A stretch of DNA of 64,000 nt from a phage. The notes below the pieces were generated by a model. That model ran no database searches, was not told the origin of the DNA, and worked only from the letters and a program-made list of their open reading frames with translations. The first letter of the stretch is position 1. Each line of letters starts with the position of its first letter. The stretch lies in assembly GCA_021469345.1 (NCBI GenBank), contig GCA_021469345.1_3049.1; one strand, 5' to 3'. A program made the translations under genes and the position numbers. Shown here in pieces: positions 50,367 through 62,612 of this stretch.

Positions 50367-53300
50367 CTATTTTAACCTGTGTTGGATTTTCAGGGTCTCT
50401 TGGATTTCCTATATTATCTTTTAGACGTTTATTAACTAAATCTCTAAATTGCGCAAATGTTGTTCCAGATGCATCAAATAAAGGACTCATTAATTTACGT
50501 CGTTCAGACGGCAATTGACCTTGAAATATTGAATTGTTATTTTCAGCATTATAGTCATCAGGAAGAGGATATTTTACACCAGCCATTGGGCCAGGCTCAT
50601 AAATTGCTTCGCCTGTTACTGAATCATGCTCAATTTCACCAGTTGGAGTCAATTTAGCTACTCTATCAGCATATTCAGTAGGCAATCCAGAATCCCATTT
50701 ATAGTTTTTGTATTTATTAATTATAGTCTCTGTATGTTTAAGAGTTAAACCAACATTAATAAACATTGTTAAAAGGGTAATTGCTATAAATCCAAATCCT
50801 ACTGGATGAACAAAACGAATAACGTCAGATTTCCAGCGGGAAGAAGGTAAATTGGATTTAATTTTCATTACATAATATGATCGACTTCTATTAATATAGT
50901 CTATATTGTTTTGAAGCAAATCCTTTCCTTTAACGCCACGAATAATTTCGCCTTCAAAACTAGGGAGTCTTTCTGCTTTAACTTCTTGACCAGCAATTAA
51001 TCGTCCCAAAAGATTATGAATAGTTACGGTCCATTGCAATTTACCATTAGAATAGCTTCTTTCTATATAAGTAACATTACATCTTCCTGTTGCCGTATAA
51101 ATCGTTTGTCCTACTAAATCTTCAGTCAAAGAATCAGATTGAACGATTATGTCATATTCAGTACCAGCCCCAGATTCAATTTCAATTTCAACTTCTTCAT
51201 TATAAAGAACTTTAAAAAGAAATTTGTATGATGCTTCAATTCCTTTAGTAGAATAAAAATCATAGCTGCGTGATTCGAAAAATCTTGCAACAGCATCACG
51301 TTTGTCAGCATTTAAATAAATGTTTCTTTTATATATCTCTGACCACAAATATTCCCACGCATGCTCTTCTCGTGGATATTTGTTACGAATTAAATTTCGT
51401 AAATTGTTATACTGAGTTCCATATCCATCAGAAAGATATTGAATATATGCTTCGCAAAATGCCTCAAAATTCGAATCCTGTAACAAATAAGAATCAGGCA
51501 TCATTGTGCCAATCAATGGTCTTAAATCAGGGTCAGCCAATCCACGCTCTTCTTCTGGTGACCAAGGGGTTTCATGCTCTTGGTTTTGTAAAAACGCTTT
51601 TAAAAATACTTCAGTTGGCTTCCAAATAATTTCGACAGCGTCTCTAACACGATAGTTAAAATCATAGTAAGAAATTATTTCACCAGAGGCTTTATAGAAA
51701 AGCATCCCAGATGCATATTTTTTAAATCCAGTGAATTTAACATTTGGCATTACTATAGTGCAATCACCATCATCCCAGTATTCATGAACTAATCTATCTG
51801 GTGATGTTTCCGGAATATTTTCTATAACTTTGGTGTATTTTAAATCCGCATAAACTACTACAGCTCTATCAGAGTTGTTTATCCAACAGCGTGTGTTAGA
51901 TTTTTTAGACCAGTTAAAGAACGGTTCTGCGTAGTATTTCATTGGTTGAGGAGTAAAAGTCTCCCAATCAGATTTTTCATCCGCTATAAATGCCATCATA
52001 TGATAATGCTTATCAGCTAACCATTCACGAGGAAATTCATATTTAACAGCGCCAATTAACTGATATTTTGCCGCAGTTTCAGGGTCATTAACAACATTAT
52101 CACTTAAAAATTTAAAATTACTCGAAGACAGAGAAACTAATTTACCGTCAGTTGACATATTCGCATATCCGGGTTGAATACGTCTTCTTTCTTCTTCGGT
52201 ATTACCAAAAACTCTTTTCCACGTTTTTGTGTCATGATTTAAAACATATATTCCTTTATCAGCAGAATCAATTATTTTTGATGTTCTAGGATTAGCATTT
52301 AATGTTTCAACTTCACCAATAATAAGAGCAAAAACTTTATCACCAACAGAATCCATTTTATAGCATACTGCTTTAGGATTTCCGGTTATAGTCATAGTGT
52401 CAGGTTCAAAAAGTCTTTCCGAATATGTTGGGGATAATGGATCAGAATCTATAGGTGCATTACTCGTTTTTATGTATCTAACTTTATCTCTGGCAACAAC
52501 ATAGATATAATCATCCGTGCAAGTAATAGCTTCTGCAATGCGGTATACATTAGCTGGCAAAGTCGCGTAAGTGGCAAAAATTTCTACATCAAATCCTAGA
52601 TGTAATTGGTCGCCAAGTTTAGCAAATGTTATATCCTGTGAACTGAATCTGACATCATCTGCTGACCATCTAACGCCAGTCGATTTACGGCCATAGAAGA
52701 CCTTGTCGTATCCTAGAACGTATGTTGTGTTCGCAGATTGGTAATATACTGTCTTAGATAAAGGATATCCTACACGGTCATTGAAGAGCTTTACAGCTTT
52801 CCAAGTTTGTCCTTTATCATTGGATACTTTAACTACAGGTTGATAGCGCTCAAAAAGATATAGAATTCCTTCTGATTCCATCAAATAAACTCGGTTAATA
52901 TCCTTACATACTTGCTGAATAGAACCTTGTATTTCATGATACTCATTTTCACCAATAATAAAATTACTTATTGATGAGACATCAACATACGATGGGCTGA
53001 ACTGGAATGATTCATTCATCAATGCAGCCATTATAGTGTCATTATTAAAATTAACATAATCAGAATTATTAAGAGTAAATTTTTCCTGAATGAATTTATT
53101 AGCTAATTGCATTTCAATCATGTTTTGAAATGTATAAGCATTTGTAGCAAAAGTTTCAAACTCTTCGGTATAGATCCAATCAGACTGCTCAAAATCTTGC
53201 GCAGCTGTGGCTACTCTAATAACGTATGATGTCAATGGGTCGGCATCATCAAAAAAGAAGCTGTTATTTGCAGTATATCCTAAATTAATCCATTTGTATT

Positions 53301-53457
53301 GATTACTCGGGAGATTTTCCCCCGAGTCTGTTTTTGTCTCAGCGATTTCTACAAAATAGTAGAAATTAGCACCAACGTCATCCCAGCGTACTTGCACCTG
53401 ATTTGCGGATAACTTGGAAATTCTGAGACTAGTGACTGAAGGTGCTTTTACTGTCAT
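50359..53457 (-). CDS. 7: baseplate wedge initiator gp7
   Basis: 1032 aa; same length and position as T4 gp7. Confidence 0.92.
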   Translation of the reverse strand: MTVKAPSVTSLRISKLSANQVQVRWDDVGANFYYFVEIAETKTDSGENLPSNQYKWINLGYTANNSFFFDDADPLTSYVIRVATAAQDFEQSDWIYTEEFETFATNAYTFQNMIEMQLANKFIQEKFTLNNSDYVNFNNDTIMAALMNESFQFSPSYVDVSSISNFIIGENEYHEIQGSIQQVCKDINRVYLMESEGILYLFERYQPVVKVSNDKGQTWKAVKLFNDRVGYPLSKTVYYQSANTTYVLGYDKVFYGRKSTGVRWSADDVRFSSQDITFAKLGDQLHLGFDVEIFATYATLPANVYRIAEAITCTDDYIYVVARDKVRYIKTSNAPIDSDPLSPTYSERLFEPDTMTITGNPKAVCYKMDSVGDKVFALIIGEVETLNANPRTSKIIDSADKGIYVLNHDTKTWKRVFGNTEEERRRIQPGYANMSTDGKLVSLSSSNFKFLSDNVVNDPETAAKYQLIGAVKYEFPREWLADKHYHMMAFIADEKSDWETFTPQPMKYYAEPFFNWSKKSNTRCWINNSDRAVVVYADLKYTKVIENIPETSPDRLVHEYWDDGDCTIVMPNVKFTGFKKYASGMLFYKASGEIISYYDFNYRVRDAVEIIWKPTEVFLKAFLQNQEHETPWSPEEERGLADPDLRPLIGTMMPDSYLLQDSNFEAFCEAYIQYLSDGYGTQYNNLRNLIRNKYPREEHAWEYLWSEIYKRNIYLNADKRDAVARFFESRSYDFYSTKGIEASYKFLFKVLYNEEVEIEIESGAGTEYDIIVQSDSLTEDLVGQTIYTATGRCNVTYIERSYSNGKLQWTVTIHNLLGRLIAGQEVKAERLPSFEGEIIRGVKGKDLLQNNIDYINRSRSYYVMKIKSNLPSSRWKSDVIRFVHPVGFGFIAITLLTMFINVGLTLKHTETIINKYKNYKWDSGLPTEYADRVAKLTPTGEIEHDSVTGEAIYEPGPMAGVKYPLPDDYNAENNNSIFQGQLPSERRKLMSPLFDASGTTFAQFRDLVNKRLKDNIGNPRDPENPTQVKIDE

Positions 53458-55436
53458 TGTGATATAGGCTCCAAATCGATAGTTAAGTATTGTGGACGTA
53501 AGTCATTTTCAAATACAATCAGTGAACCATCGCGAGTAAAGATAACATCATCGGTTGGGTCAGAATATAATTCAATAGTCTGAACTTCAAATTTTTCAGA
53601 TGTTAAATTAATTTTAGCGATATTCCAATAAATCATGTCAGCTGGATAATTTATTTCACCGATAACATAGTATTTGTCGCGTCCATCAGAATTTGCTAAT
53701 TTGTTAAAATCGTTGCCTGTATATGGCTGAATGTTTTCATTTTCTGTAACATCGCCAGAAGCAAATGGACCAATAATAACTTTACCAGTTCCTTTAGAAT
53801 CTCGGTCTGTTGATACTATACGAACGTCATATAATACATCTTCTTCTAAACCGGTATCAGGATTTACAACCTTTCGTCCAGAATTAAATGAAAACGTATT
53901 AGATTCCATAGAACGATCTTTTATTTGATTATTGTATTTAATACCTGCTTCAGGCGTTTTATAGAAGTTTTGTACTTCACGAACAATTTGAATTGTCGCT
54001 GATGAACCAATGATAGAATGATCTGCATCATCTACATATGTCAACATCTTAGATTTAGCGAAAGACGAGTTAAAAATTTCTACATCTTCGGTATAATAAC
54101 GATCAATTTTATCAATTATTTGACCTTCGAGCCACTGTTCGGATTCTTGCAGCTTATTTAAAGCATATGTGACTTTTAAATTAGTCTTAATAAAAAGATA
54201 ATTAGGAGAAATAATTGATGGCGTAATAGGAGCTAAATTATAGTCTTTGAGATAATTTTTAATATCTTCGCGCTGTACGGTAGTTAAATACAATCCTGAT
54301 TTAGGTTTAGCAGCAATAAATGCATAACCAGGTTTAGTAGAATCAGTGAAAGTCTGAACTGCTTGAATAATAGAACCAAATCTTTCTGAAACGAATGTAT
54401 CATAGTCAGTCGCAGTTACGCATCGTTGCTGAGTTTCACGTTTAATAGTACCCAATTCGCGAATACGCTCAATATCTTCTGGGTCACCGCCGCCATCTGC
54501 TCCGACAAAATCTGGGTCATCGTTTGGGTTTTCATTAATATTGATGACAGTTATATTTGTTAATGTATCTGCGTATGAAAATCCGACTGCGCCGTTCGCA
54601 TCTGCACCATTAGTACTGATGTACTCAATAACAATCGTAGAGTTCTGGGTAGGTTTAAGACCTCCGATATAATTAGCGGTCAAAGCTCCTTCAGAAGCAT
54701 TAACAGAAATTTCACCTTCACCAAAATAGAATTCAGTGTTTCCATCAATAGTTTCACGCATATAGTAAATCGTTGATGTTGAACCAGCATGAACCATTGA
54801 CTTTCTCGTCCAGTTAATCCATTCCGCTCCATCAACATATAATTTAACCTGGTTTCTATCAATATTTTTATCATAAATGATAATAGGTGTTAATTTATCA
54901 TAAATGATTTCAGTTCTTACTATACGTCCCTGGGCCAATTTTAAACGCGGAAAATATTGGTTATTTTTATCACGAATGGCAATAACGTCTTCGGTAGAAA
55001 CGAAGTTATATGGATTAACAGAAGTATCTTTTGCATATGCTAAAAAGCGAGTTCCGCGAGGAATAGTAATGTAATTCCTATTCAATGCGTCGGTGCATGT
55101 TAACATAATTTCGGTCTGCGCAGCGGATTTTGAAGTAGGTAAATATCCGTTATCTTGTGCAGCTTGAACAACTGAACTTCGTAAGTTAGCAGTACGCATA
55201 AAGCTTTCATACACAGCAGCATTACCAAACTGCTGAATGTACAGCGTATTATAAGCCAAAAGGTCACACAGAACGTTTAATCTTGAGCCTTCAAAATCAT
55301 AATCCAAAAATTCATTTTGGCCATTAAGCCATTCAATGAGGTTTTGTTTTATTTCAGCAAACGTACCCCCGACGAATATCTCGGGAATAGCATTTGCTGT
55401 TCTTGTTAATTGATAATTTACAGGGGTATTTGCCAT
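53454..55436 (-). CDS. 6: baseplate wedge protein gp6
   Basis: 660 aa; synteny. Confidence 0.92.
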   Translation of the reverse strand: MANTPVNYQLTRTANAIPEIFVGGTFAEIKQNLIEWLNGQNEFLDYDFEGSRLNVLCDLLAYNTLYIQQFGNAAVYESFMRTANLRSSVVQAAQDNGYLPTSKSAAQTEIMLTCTDALNRNYITIPRGTRFLAYAKDTSVNPYNFVSTEDVIAIRDKNNQYFPRLKLAQGRIVRTEIIYDKLTPIIIYDKNIDRNQVKLYVDGAEWINWTRKSMVHAGSTSTIYYMRETIDGNTEFYFGEGEISVNASEGALTANYIGGLKPTQNSTIVIEYISTNGADANGAVGFSYADTLTNITVININENPNDDPDFVGADGGGDPEDIERIRELGTIKRETQQRCVTATDYDTFVSERFGSIIQAVQTFTDSTKPGYAFIAAKPKSGLYLTTVQREDIKNYLKDYNLAPITPSIISPNYLFIKTNLKVTYALNKLQESEQWLEGQIIDKIDRYYTEDVEIFNSSFAKSKMLTYVDDADHSIIGSSATIQIVREVQNFYKTPEAGIKYNNQIKDRSMESNTFSFNSGRKVVNPDTGLEEDVLYDVRIVSTDRDSKGTGKVIIGPFASGDVTENENIQPYTGNDFNKLANSDGRDKYYVIGEINYPADMIYWNIAKINLTSEKFEVQTIELYSDPTDDVIFTRDGSLIVFENDLRPQYLTIDLEPISQ

Positions 55437-55444
55437 TTTAAATC

Positions 55445-55738
55445 CTATTTAATGAATACTTTAGATGATGCCTGAGCCACAGTATCACCGCATGATATTG
55501 GATCAGCCATTTGAACAGCTTTCTTTCCGGTGACGTATACCTTAGAAGTTCTAGGTTGTGTCACTCCGCCATGTGTTTCATATGGCTTTTTAATTTCTGT
55601 ATGTTCTGTAATTGGATCACCTGCTACGAGAACAGCAATTCCTCCAGTGAATACTTTACTTTGTGTAGCATTTACAACTGTTGGAGGCCATGCTTCATGG
55701 CCAGCAGTAACACACTTATCGTAACTTAATCCTGACAT
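55445..55738 (-). CDS. 5.4: PAAR-repeat spike tip protein gp5.4
   Basis: 97 aa; small beta-rich protein with conserved Gly/Pro/His pattern; immediately downstream of 5.1. Confidence 0.8.
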
Positions 55739-56293
55739 TTATGGCCTCTCATACACATAGCTTCTCAGTTTATTAGCCCAACGGCTCCAATTTCCAACTA
55801 TAGTTTTAGTATAATTTTTAACGAGAGTTTTTCTTACTGGAGCAGGAGGATCTGTCGGTTCAGTAGTATCAGAAGATGACCTAGAATTACTGCTAGAACC
55901 TCCAGATTCACTCTGTTCTTGATAGTCATATATTAATGTTACTTCGTAAGTGAATGTCTTCTGGAGATTCTGAGGAGCTTTCCACAAATACAACTGAGTA
56001 TCAGAATCAGTAGGAAGTTCTTCCCATGAAGCAGCAGTTTTAAATTCATCGCCTAAACGATATTTCAACGCGTCATTTCCGAAACCAAATACAGATTCAT
56101 ATGTTCCATATAAGCGATTTTCTTCTACTAAAACCCCAGGAGTTTCTTCGTAACTAGTTATATTTATAGATACTAACGTTTCACCTGTTTCTAATTGAGC
56201 GGTAAAGGTGACGTCGATAGAAGAACCTTCCATGGATTCTCCTAAATCAGTGCTCATTGGAAGTATATTAGCCAATGTCAATCCTCGATCCAT
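55739..56293 (-). CDS. 5.1: gp5.1-like protein
   Basis: ORF-track start 56296 is TTG; ATG at 56293; 184 aa; overlaps the gene 5 3' end. Confidence 0.7.
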
Positions 56294-57995
56294 CAATTGT
56301 GTATTGACCAGATGAAATAGAACTCATAGATGCCATTTTTTCTGTCCAATCACCACCAACGTCCCAATCAACTGTCCCAGCAACTTTCCAAGAAAGATTT
56401 CCATTTACTGTGTTAGTTTGATTACCTTCAACTAAAGTGGTAGCATCTCCTTTAACTGTAATGTCAGCATTGCCTTCAACTACAATAGTAACATTACCTT
56501 TAACTAGAATAGTTCCATTACCTTCAACCGTCTTAGTTTCATCGCCACGTACAAATATTGTATTGCTTCCATCTATTTGGTGAAGACGATTATCCATGTT
56601 GTAATAAATTTCTGATCCACCGACGTTAGTCTTTTTATCACCGGCTACCAAAAAATTACCATCAGCATTTGTTATATCATACAAATTATCAACAGTTTTT
56701 CTTGTTCTTCTCCCTGACGGTGATACTTCTTCATAAGTTCCAGTTGGATGAACTAATCTATATCGTTCTTGCCCAGGGGTATCATCAAATTCCTGAATAT
56801 GTCCACTTTCAGTTTCCATTGTATGCACATAAGGATATTCACCTTTATATGAAGAAACTGGTTCTTTGAATAAAATTCTCGAGTCATTTGGAATAGGAGG
56901 GTCAGCAGGGTCAGAAGATTTAGCTACAGTAGCAGCCATTGCTGATAAAGACCTAGCTGGGGTTTTCACTTCAACACCGTATGATTCCAAATTCCCCGTA
57001 AGAATAATCATGGTAACACGGGATGCACGGCCTTTTGTTTGTTGATACCACAATGAATCACGACCGGCTTTATATGCTTTTTCCCAATCTCCTGCTAACA
57101 TAGCAGTTAACATTGTGTTAAATTTAGCTACACCGCCAACACCCATCTGAAATGCCATATTTTCTAACGCCATTTGACGAGAACGGTTGACAGCTTGCCA
57201 GACTGGTCCTACTTTAGAATGTGATTTAATGTCACGTTGCATATCAGCCAAATCACGCTCAAATAAAGTCGTCGCTTCTTCCATTGTAATAGAACCTGGA
57301 TTTCCTGTAATTTCACGACCAACTTGTTTCGATAAAACTTTATTAATTTGAGCCATATCACGAACTGGCTGCTTCATGATAAGATGACCAATACCAATTG
57401 TCGGATATCCTTCGGTATCCCAATAAACTTTTAGTCTTAATCCTTCATCACGGCGAAGCATTTCAGCCATTGACATATTTGGATTATCATCGGTTGGAAT
57501 CTCTGATAGTGGTCTATCATCGGGATTTATTGCGGTGTCTAAGTTACTATCTTGAATAACGTTAGAAGAGGAATCATATCCTACTTCTCCGCCTTGGTTT
57601 AATACGTTAGTATCATTTCCTAGACGTCTAGGATACTGTCCAGTCGGGTCAGAAAATCCTTCAAGTCTATTAGGCTTTTCGCGAACTATTCCGCCATAAG
57701 TACCAAGGACAATTCCGTTAGTTTTCCATTTGTCTAAAAAATGACCATAAACTCTAGTTCCTTCTACTGGCCCTGTAACAGAACCTCCAATTCCAGACAT
57801 TGCTGCAGAAGTTATAGGTTGAATAACTGACATCCATGGCAATTTATCGGTTGGAATACCCATTACGTCGCCTTGCGCTCTTTGGGGTGGATGCAGACCA
57901 ACCACACGAACACGAACACGACCTAATTTTAATGGGTCCATTCTATCTTCAACAACACCAACAAACCAATTAAGGTTATTACTTATCATTTCCAT
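56268..57995 (-). CDS. 5: baseplate central spike gp5 with lysozyme domain
   Basis: 575 aa; C-terminal VxGxxxxx beta-helix repeats (VEGNGTILVKGNVTIVVEGNADITVKGDATTLVEGN); central lysozyme-like segment. Confidence 0.93.
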   Translation of the reverse strand: MEMISNNLNWFVGVVEDRMDPLKLGRVRVRVVGLHPPQRAQGDVMGIPTDKLPWMSVIQPITSAAMSGIGGSVTGPVEGTRVYGHFLDKWKTNGIVLGTYGGIVREKPNRLEGFSDPTGQYPRRLGNDTNVLNQGGEVGYDSSSNVIQDSNLDTAINPDDRPLSEIPTDDNPNMSMAEMLRRDEGLRLKVYWDTEGYPTIGIGHLIMKQPVRDMAQINKVLSKQVGREITGNPGSITMEEATTLFERDLADMQRDIKSHSKVGPVWQAVNRSRQMALENMAFQMGVGGVAKFNTMLTAMLAGDWEKAYKAGRDSLWYQQTKGRASRVTMIILTGNLESYGVEVKTPARSLSAMAATVAKSSDPADPPIPNDSRILFKEPVSSYKGEYPYVHTMETESGHIQEFDDTPGQERYRLVHPTGTYEEVSPSGRRTRKTVDNLYDITNADGNFLVAGDKKTNVGGSEIYYNMDNRLHQIDGSNTIFVRGDETKTVEGNGTILVKGNVTIVVEGNADITVKGDATTLVEGNQTNTVNGNLSWKVAGTVDWDVGGDWTEKMASMSSISSGQYTIDGSRIDIG

Positions 57996-58569
57996 AAGAT
58001 TTCTCCATTATACGTATAAGGTCGTTCATAAATGAATTGATGTCTGATTTTGCTATTATTTTTATTTGACGAAGTTTTTCATTTTCAAGAACAGCAGCTT
58101 CATACGTATCTACCGCAGCAAGTGCTCCTTCATATTGAGGATATTTTCTAGCTTTATCACCTTTGTCATACCAAACATATGGATTATCATCGTATGATAT
58201 TAAATTATAAAATTTTTCACCATTCTCATTCACATGATATACTATTTGGTCTCCACCTACGTTTTTGTATTTTTGTATAGATGCTTGATAAGCAGCTTCT
58301 TGCGAAGTAATCCATCCATAATACGGATCATAATTATCATTACACATCAATAAAACCCAATACAGCTGTGGATTTCCATATATAGCATTTGCTAATTCTT
58401 CCGGGCGTGGTGAACCTTTAATATAATAAGTACGTAAGCGGTATCCCGCAAGAGCACGTTTGAAATAGTCTTTATAGTTTCTAAAAATATCTGTCATAGG
58501 AATAGTCGGCGCGTTTTTATTCACCGTTTTGGCCGCATATTCAATCGGATCAAAAAATGTAAAGAGCAT
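57979..58569 (-). CDS. 53: baseplate wedge protein gp53
   Basis: 196 aa; same length and position as T4 gp53. Confidence 0.88.
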   Translation of the reverse strand: MLFTFFDPIEYAAKTVNKNAPTIPMTDIFRNYKDYFKRALAGYRLRTYYIKGSPRPEELANAIYGNPQLYWVLLMCNDNYDPYYGWITSQEAAYQASIQKYKNVGGDQIVYHVNENGEKFYNLISYDDNPYVWYDKGDKARKYPQYEGALAAVDTYEAAVLENEKLRQIKIIAKSDINSFMNDLIRIMEKSYGNDK

Positions 58570-58582
58570 GGGCCCTCCTGTT

Positions 58583-58606
58583 TATAAATATATTATCTAT
58601 TTATAA
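58583..58606. promoter_or_regulatory. divergent late promoters (gene 4 rightward, gene 53 leftward)
   Basis: TATAAATA at 58583-58590 (plus) and TATTTATA at 58599-58606 (minus-sense TATAAATA) in the 47-bp divergent intergenic region. Confidence 0.6.
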
Positions 58607-58616
58607 GGAGAATCCA

Positions 58617-59069
58617 ATGGCATATTCTGGAAAATGGGTTCCTAAAAATATATCAAAGTATAGAGGTGACCCTAAAAAAATTACGTATAGATCAAATTGG
58701 GAAAAATTCTTTTTTGAATGGTTAGATAAAAATCCAGAAATTATTGCATGGGGTAGTGAAACAGCAGTAATTCCTTATTTTTGTAATGCAGAAGGGAAAA
58801 AACGTAGATACTTCATGGATATTTGGATGAAAGATTCTTCTGGACAAGAATTTTTTATTGAAATAAAGCCTAAAAAAGAAACACAACCACCAGTTAAACC
58901 AGCACATCTAACAACTGCAGCGAAGAAAAGATTTATGAATGAAATTTATACATATTCTGTTAATACTGACAAATGGAAAGCAGCGCAATCTTTAGCTGAA
59001 AAGCGTGGAATAAAATTTAGAATTCTAACAGAAGATGGATTACGAGCTCTTGGCTTTAAGGGGGCATAA
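58617..59069 (+). CDS. 4: head completion protein gp4
   Basis: 150 aa; SD AAGGAG; synteny. Confidence 0.88.
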   Translation: MAYSGKWVPKNISKYRGDPKKITYRSNWEKFFFEWLDKNPEIIAWGSETAVIPYFCNAEGKKRRYFMDIWMKDSSGQEFFIEIKPKKETQPPVKPAHLTTAAKKRFMNEIYTYSVNTDKWKAAQSLAEKRGIKFRILTEDGLRALGFKGA

Positions 59070-59893
59070 TGGCTATTTTTCAAATAATTAATGAAAGCAC
59101 TCCCCAAGTTCCAAAGGTTAAGCAATCATTAAATGAAAAGAAATGGATTCAGATAGGTCTTGAATATAAAAAGGCTAAAGCAAAAGGAATGACAGGAAAG
59201 CAATTTGCTGAAGAAAGAGGAATCAAATACTCTACGTTTACTTCGGCAATGTCAAAATATGCTTCAGGAATTAAAACGGCTGAAAAGATTCAAAAGCTTG
59301 AATCAAAACCAATGAATAAACTCAATAAGCAAGAAAGACAACTGCTTATGATAAATTCATTCAGACAAACATTGCGCGATAAAATTCGTAATGAAGGTGC
59401 AGCAATTAATAATAAAACCAGAAAGTGGTTTGCTGAAACTATTAAGCAAGTAAAAGGACATAAAGTTGTTCGCCCGCAGCCGGGACGAATATATGCTTTT
59501 GCTTATGATGCTAAACACAAGGAAACTCTTCCTTATTGGGATAAATTTCCTTTGATAATTTACCTTGGTTTAGGTAAGCATAACTTAATGTACGGATTGA
59601 ACTTGCACTATATTCCACCTAAAGCTCGTCAGCAATTCCTAGAAGAGCTTTTAAAGCAATATTCAAATACACCTACTATTACTAATAAAACGAAATTAAA
59701 AATTGATTGGAGTCAAGTGAAAGGATTTAGGGGTGCAGACCAAATGATTAAGGCATATATACCTGGTAATATTATGGGTAGCCTTGTTGAAATCGCCCCG
59801 AAAGACTGGGCGAACGTTGTGTTGATGCCACTCCAAAGCTTCTACTCCAAAGGAAAACGTTTCTCTGCAAACAAAGTCTGGTCAAATATCTAA
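59069..59893 (+). CDS. 2: DNA end-protector protein gp2 (protects genome ends from RecBCD)
   Basis: 274 aa; same length and position as T4 gp2. Confidence 0.88.
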   Translation: MAIFQIINESTPQVPKVKQSLNEKKWIQIGLEYKKAKAKGMTGKQFAEERGIKYSTFTSAMSKYASGIKTAEKIQKLESKPMNKLNKQERQLLMINSFRQTLRDKIRNEGAAINNKTRKWFAETIKQVKGHKVVRPQPGRIYAFAYDAKHKETLPYWDKFPLIIYLGLGKHNLMYGLNLHYIPPKARQQFLEELLKQYSNTPTITNKTKLKIDWSQVKGFRGADQMIKAYIPGNIMGSLVEIAPKDWANVVLMPLQSFYSKGKRFSANKVWSNI

Positions 59894-59999
59894 TTCTATT
59901 ATCTTCCATTCTTTTCTGTTGTTTGTTCTAAATGGAATTGAATGGAAGGGACTTAGACCCATTATACCACCAACAGTTATAAAGCATTATGAGGAATAT

Positions 60000-60530
60000 A
60001 TGTCGCAAGCTCTGCAACAAATTTTTAACCAAGCAAATACAACTAACTTTGTAGTATCAATACCACACAGTAATACTACATCTGCTTTTACTTTAAATGC
60101 TCAGTCAGTTCCTATTCCAGGAATTAGAATACCTGTTACTGATACCGTGACTGGGCCGTTTGGACTGGGCCGAGCACAACGTCCAGGTGTTACATTTGAG
60201 TACGATCCACTCATCGTGAGATTTATAGTTGATGAAGAACTTAAGTCGTGGATAGGAATGTATGAATGGATGCTAGGAACTAGCAACTATCTTACAGGTG
60301 AAAATACTGCCCAAAAAACAGGTCCTGAGTACATTACGCTTTACATCTTAGATAATAGCAAAACTGAAATCGTGATGTCAATAAATTTTTATAAGCCTTG
60401 GGTTTCTGACCTATCTGAAGTAGAATTTAGCTACACAGAAGATTCAGACCCGGCTTTAGTATGTACTGCAACGATTCCTTACACCTATTTTCAAGTAGAA
60501 AAAGATGGAAAAATTATAGCAGAAGTTTAA
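60000..60530 (+). CDS. 3: tail tube terminator / sheath stabiliser gp3
   Basis: 176 aa from ATG 60000 (GAGGAA SD); ORF track extends 27 codons upstream. Confidence 0.85.
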   Translation: MSQALQQIFNQANTTNFVVSIPHSNTTSAFTLNAQSVPIPGIRIPVTDTVTGPFGLGRAQRPGVTFEYDPLIVRFIVDEELKSWIGMYEWMLGTSNYLTGENTAQKTGPEYITLYILDNSKTEIVMSINFYKPWVSDLSEVEFSYTEDSDPALVCTATIPYTYFQVEKDGKIIAEV

Positions 60531-60554
60531 TGCTTCAGTTTCATGTGTTATAAT
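60529..60554 (+). promoter_or_regulatory. middle-mode promoter (MotA box + -10) for gene 1
   Basis: TGCTTCA at 60531-60537, 11-nt spacer, TATAAT at 60549-60554. Confidence 0.55.
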
Positions 60555-60579
60555 CTTAACTAAATTTGAGGAGAAACAT

Positions 60580-61292
60580 ATGAAACTAATCTTTTTAAGT
60601 GGTGTAAAGCGTAGCGGAAAAGATACTACTGCAGATTTTATCATGAATAATTATTCTGCAGTTAAATACCAACTTGCTGGTCCTATTAAGGATGCACTGG
60701 CTTATGCATGGGGAGTATTTGCAGCAAACACTGACTATCCTTGCTTAACTCGTAAAGAGTTTGAAGGAATTGACTATGATCGTGAAACTAATTTAAATCT
60801 GACTAAATTAGAAGTAATTACGATTATGGAACAAGCATTTTGCTATCTTAATAGTAAAAGCCCAATTAAAGGTGTGTTTGTTTTTGATGACGCAGTTAAT
60901 TTCGTAGCATTTAACAAGATTGCTGACGTTATAAATAATATTGAAGATCAATGGTCAGTCCGTCGTCTGATGCAAGCCCTAGGTACGGATTTGATTGTTA
61001 ATAACTTCGATCGCATGTACTGGGTAAAATTATTTGCTTTAGATTATCTTGATAAATTTAACTCAGGTTATGATTATTATATCGTTCCTGATACTCGTCA
61101 AGATCATGAAATGGATGCGGCTAGGGCGATGGGTGCTACAGTAATTCATGTAGTTCGTCCTGGTCAAAAATCCAATGATACACATATTACAGAAGCTGGA
61201 TTGCCAATTCGTGATGGTGATTTAGTAATTACAAACGATGGTTCTCTTGAAGAACTTTTTTCTAAAATTAAAAATACACTAAAGGTACTATA

Positions 61293-61293
<1 letters not shown>
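60580..61293 (+). CDS. 1: deoxynucleoside monophosphate kinase
   Basis: 237 aa; P-loop GVKRSGKDT; SD GAGGAG; matches remembered T4 gp1. Confidence 0.9.
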
Positions 61294-61990
<697 letters not shown>

Positions 61991-62002
61991 TTTCACAAAG
62001 TT

Positions 62003-62035
62003 GTTTACACGTTGATGAGGTAGTGATACTATTAT
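62003..62035 (+). promoter_or_regulatory. T4-type early promoter
   Basis: GTTTAC 62003-62008 ... TGATACTATTAT; -10 inside inverted repeat tgatgag/ctcatca. Confidence 0.5.
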
Positions 62036-62062
62036 CTCATCAAAATTAATTAGGAAAATAAA

Positions 62063-62350
62063 ATGAAAACTTTCAAAGAATTTACTTCTACAACTACCCC
62101 GGTTTCTACTATTACTGAAGCTACTCTTACTTCTGAAGTTATTAAAGCAAATAAAGGACGAGAAGGTAAACCAATGATTAGTTTGGTTGATGGCGAAGAA
62201 ATCAAAGGTACTGTTTACCTAGGTGATGGGTGGTCTGCTAAAAAGGATGGTGCTACAATCATTATCTCTCCTGCTGAAGAAACTGCGTTGTTTAAAGCTA
62301 AACACATTTCTGCGGCACATCTCAAGATTATTGCTAAAAATCTTTTGTAA
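62063..62350 (+). CDS. internal protein (IPI-locus) with capsid-targeting-like N-terminus
   Basis: 95 aa; N-terminus MKTFKEFTST...ITE resembles the T4 internal-protein capsid targeting sequence cleaved by gp21; sits between 57B and the tRNA cluster. Confidence 0.6.
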   Translation: MKTFKEFTSTTTPVSTITEATLTSEVIKANKGREGKPMISLVDGEEIKGTVYLGDGWSAKKDGATIIISPAEETALFKAKHISAAHLKIIAKNLL

Positions 62351-62367
62351 TAAATATTTCACAAAGT

Positions 62368-62400
62368 TGTTTACATAGGGTTTTAGTTGTGATACTATTA
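62368..62400 (+). promoter_or_regulatory. T4-type early promoter
   Basis: Shares tttcacaaagttgtttaca with the 62003 promoter; -10 tgatactatta inside inverted repeat ataggg/ccctat. Confidence 0.5.
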
Positions 62401-62426
62401 CCCTATCAACTACCGAGGAGAATAAA

Positions 62427-62612
62427 ATGAAACGTTGTGAATTAATTCGAAATGTTGCTATTGCAATTTCTGCTTCCGCTTTTAGTTTTTCAATGTTTGT
62501 TGGATTTATATGCGGATTATTGACTACAGCAGAAAATGTTTTTTCACTTGTAGTAGCATTTTTAATTGGTTTAATCGCTATTGTTATGGATAAAATTTCT
62601 AAAGGTGAATAA
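62427..62612 (+). CDS. hypothetical small membrane protein
   Basis: 61 aa, two hydrophobic segments; SD GAGGAG. Confidence 0.5.
   Translation: MKRCELIRNVAIAISASAFSFSMFVGFICGLLTTAENVFSLVVAFLIGLIAIVMDKISKGE

Noticed and set aside
51270-51629. Antisense ORFs inside large structural genes (e.g. 51270-51629, 50457-50657, 46781-47074, 30995-31381, 24349-24621, 12579-12833)
   Set aside because: All lie wholly within strongly supported genes on the opposite strand or in another frame and lack SD or promoter context
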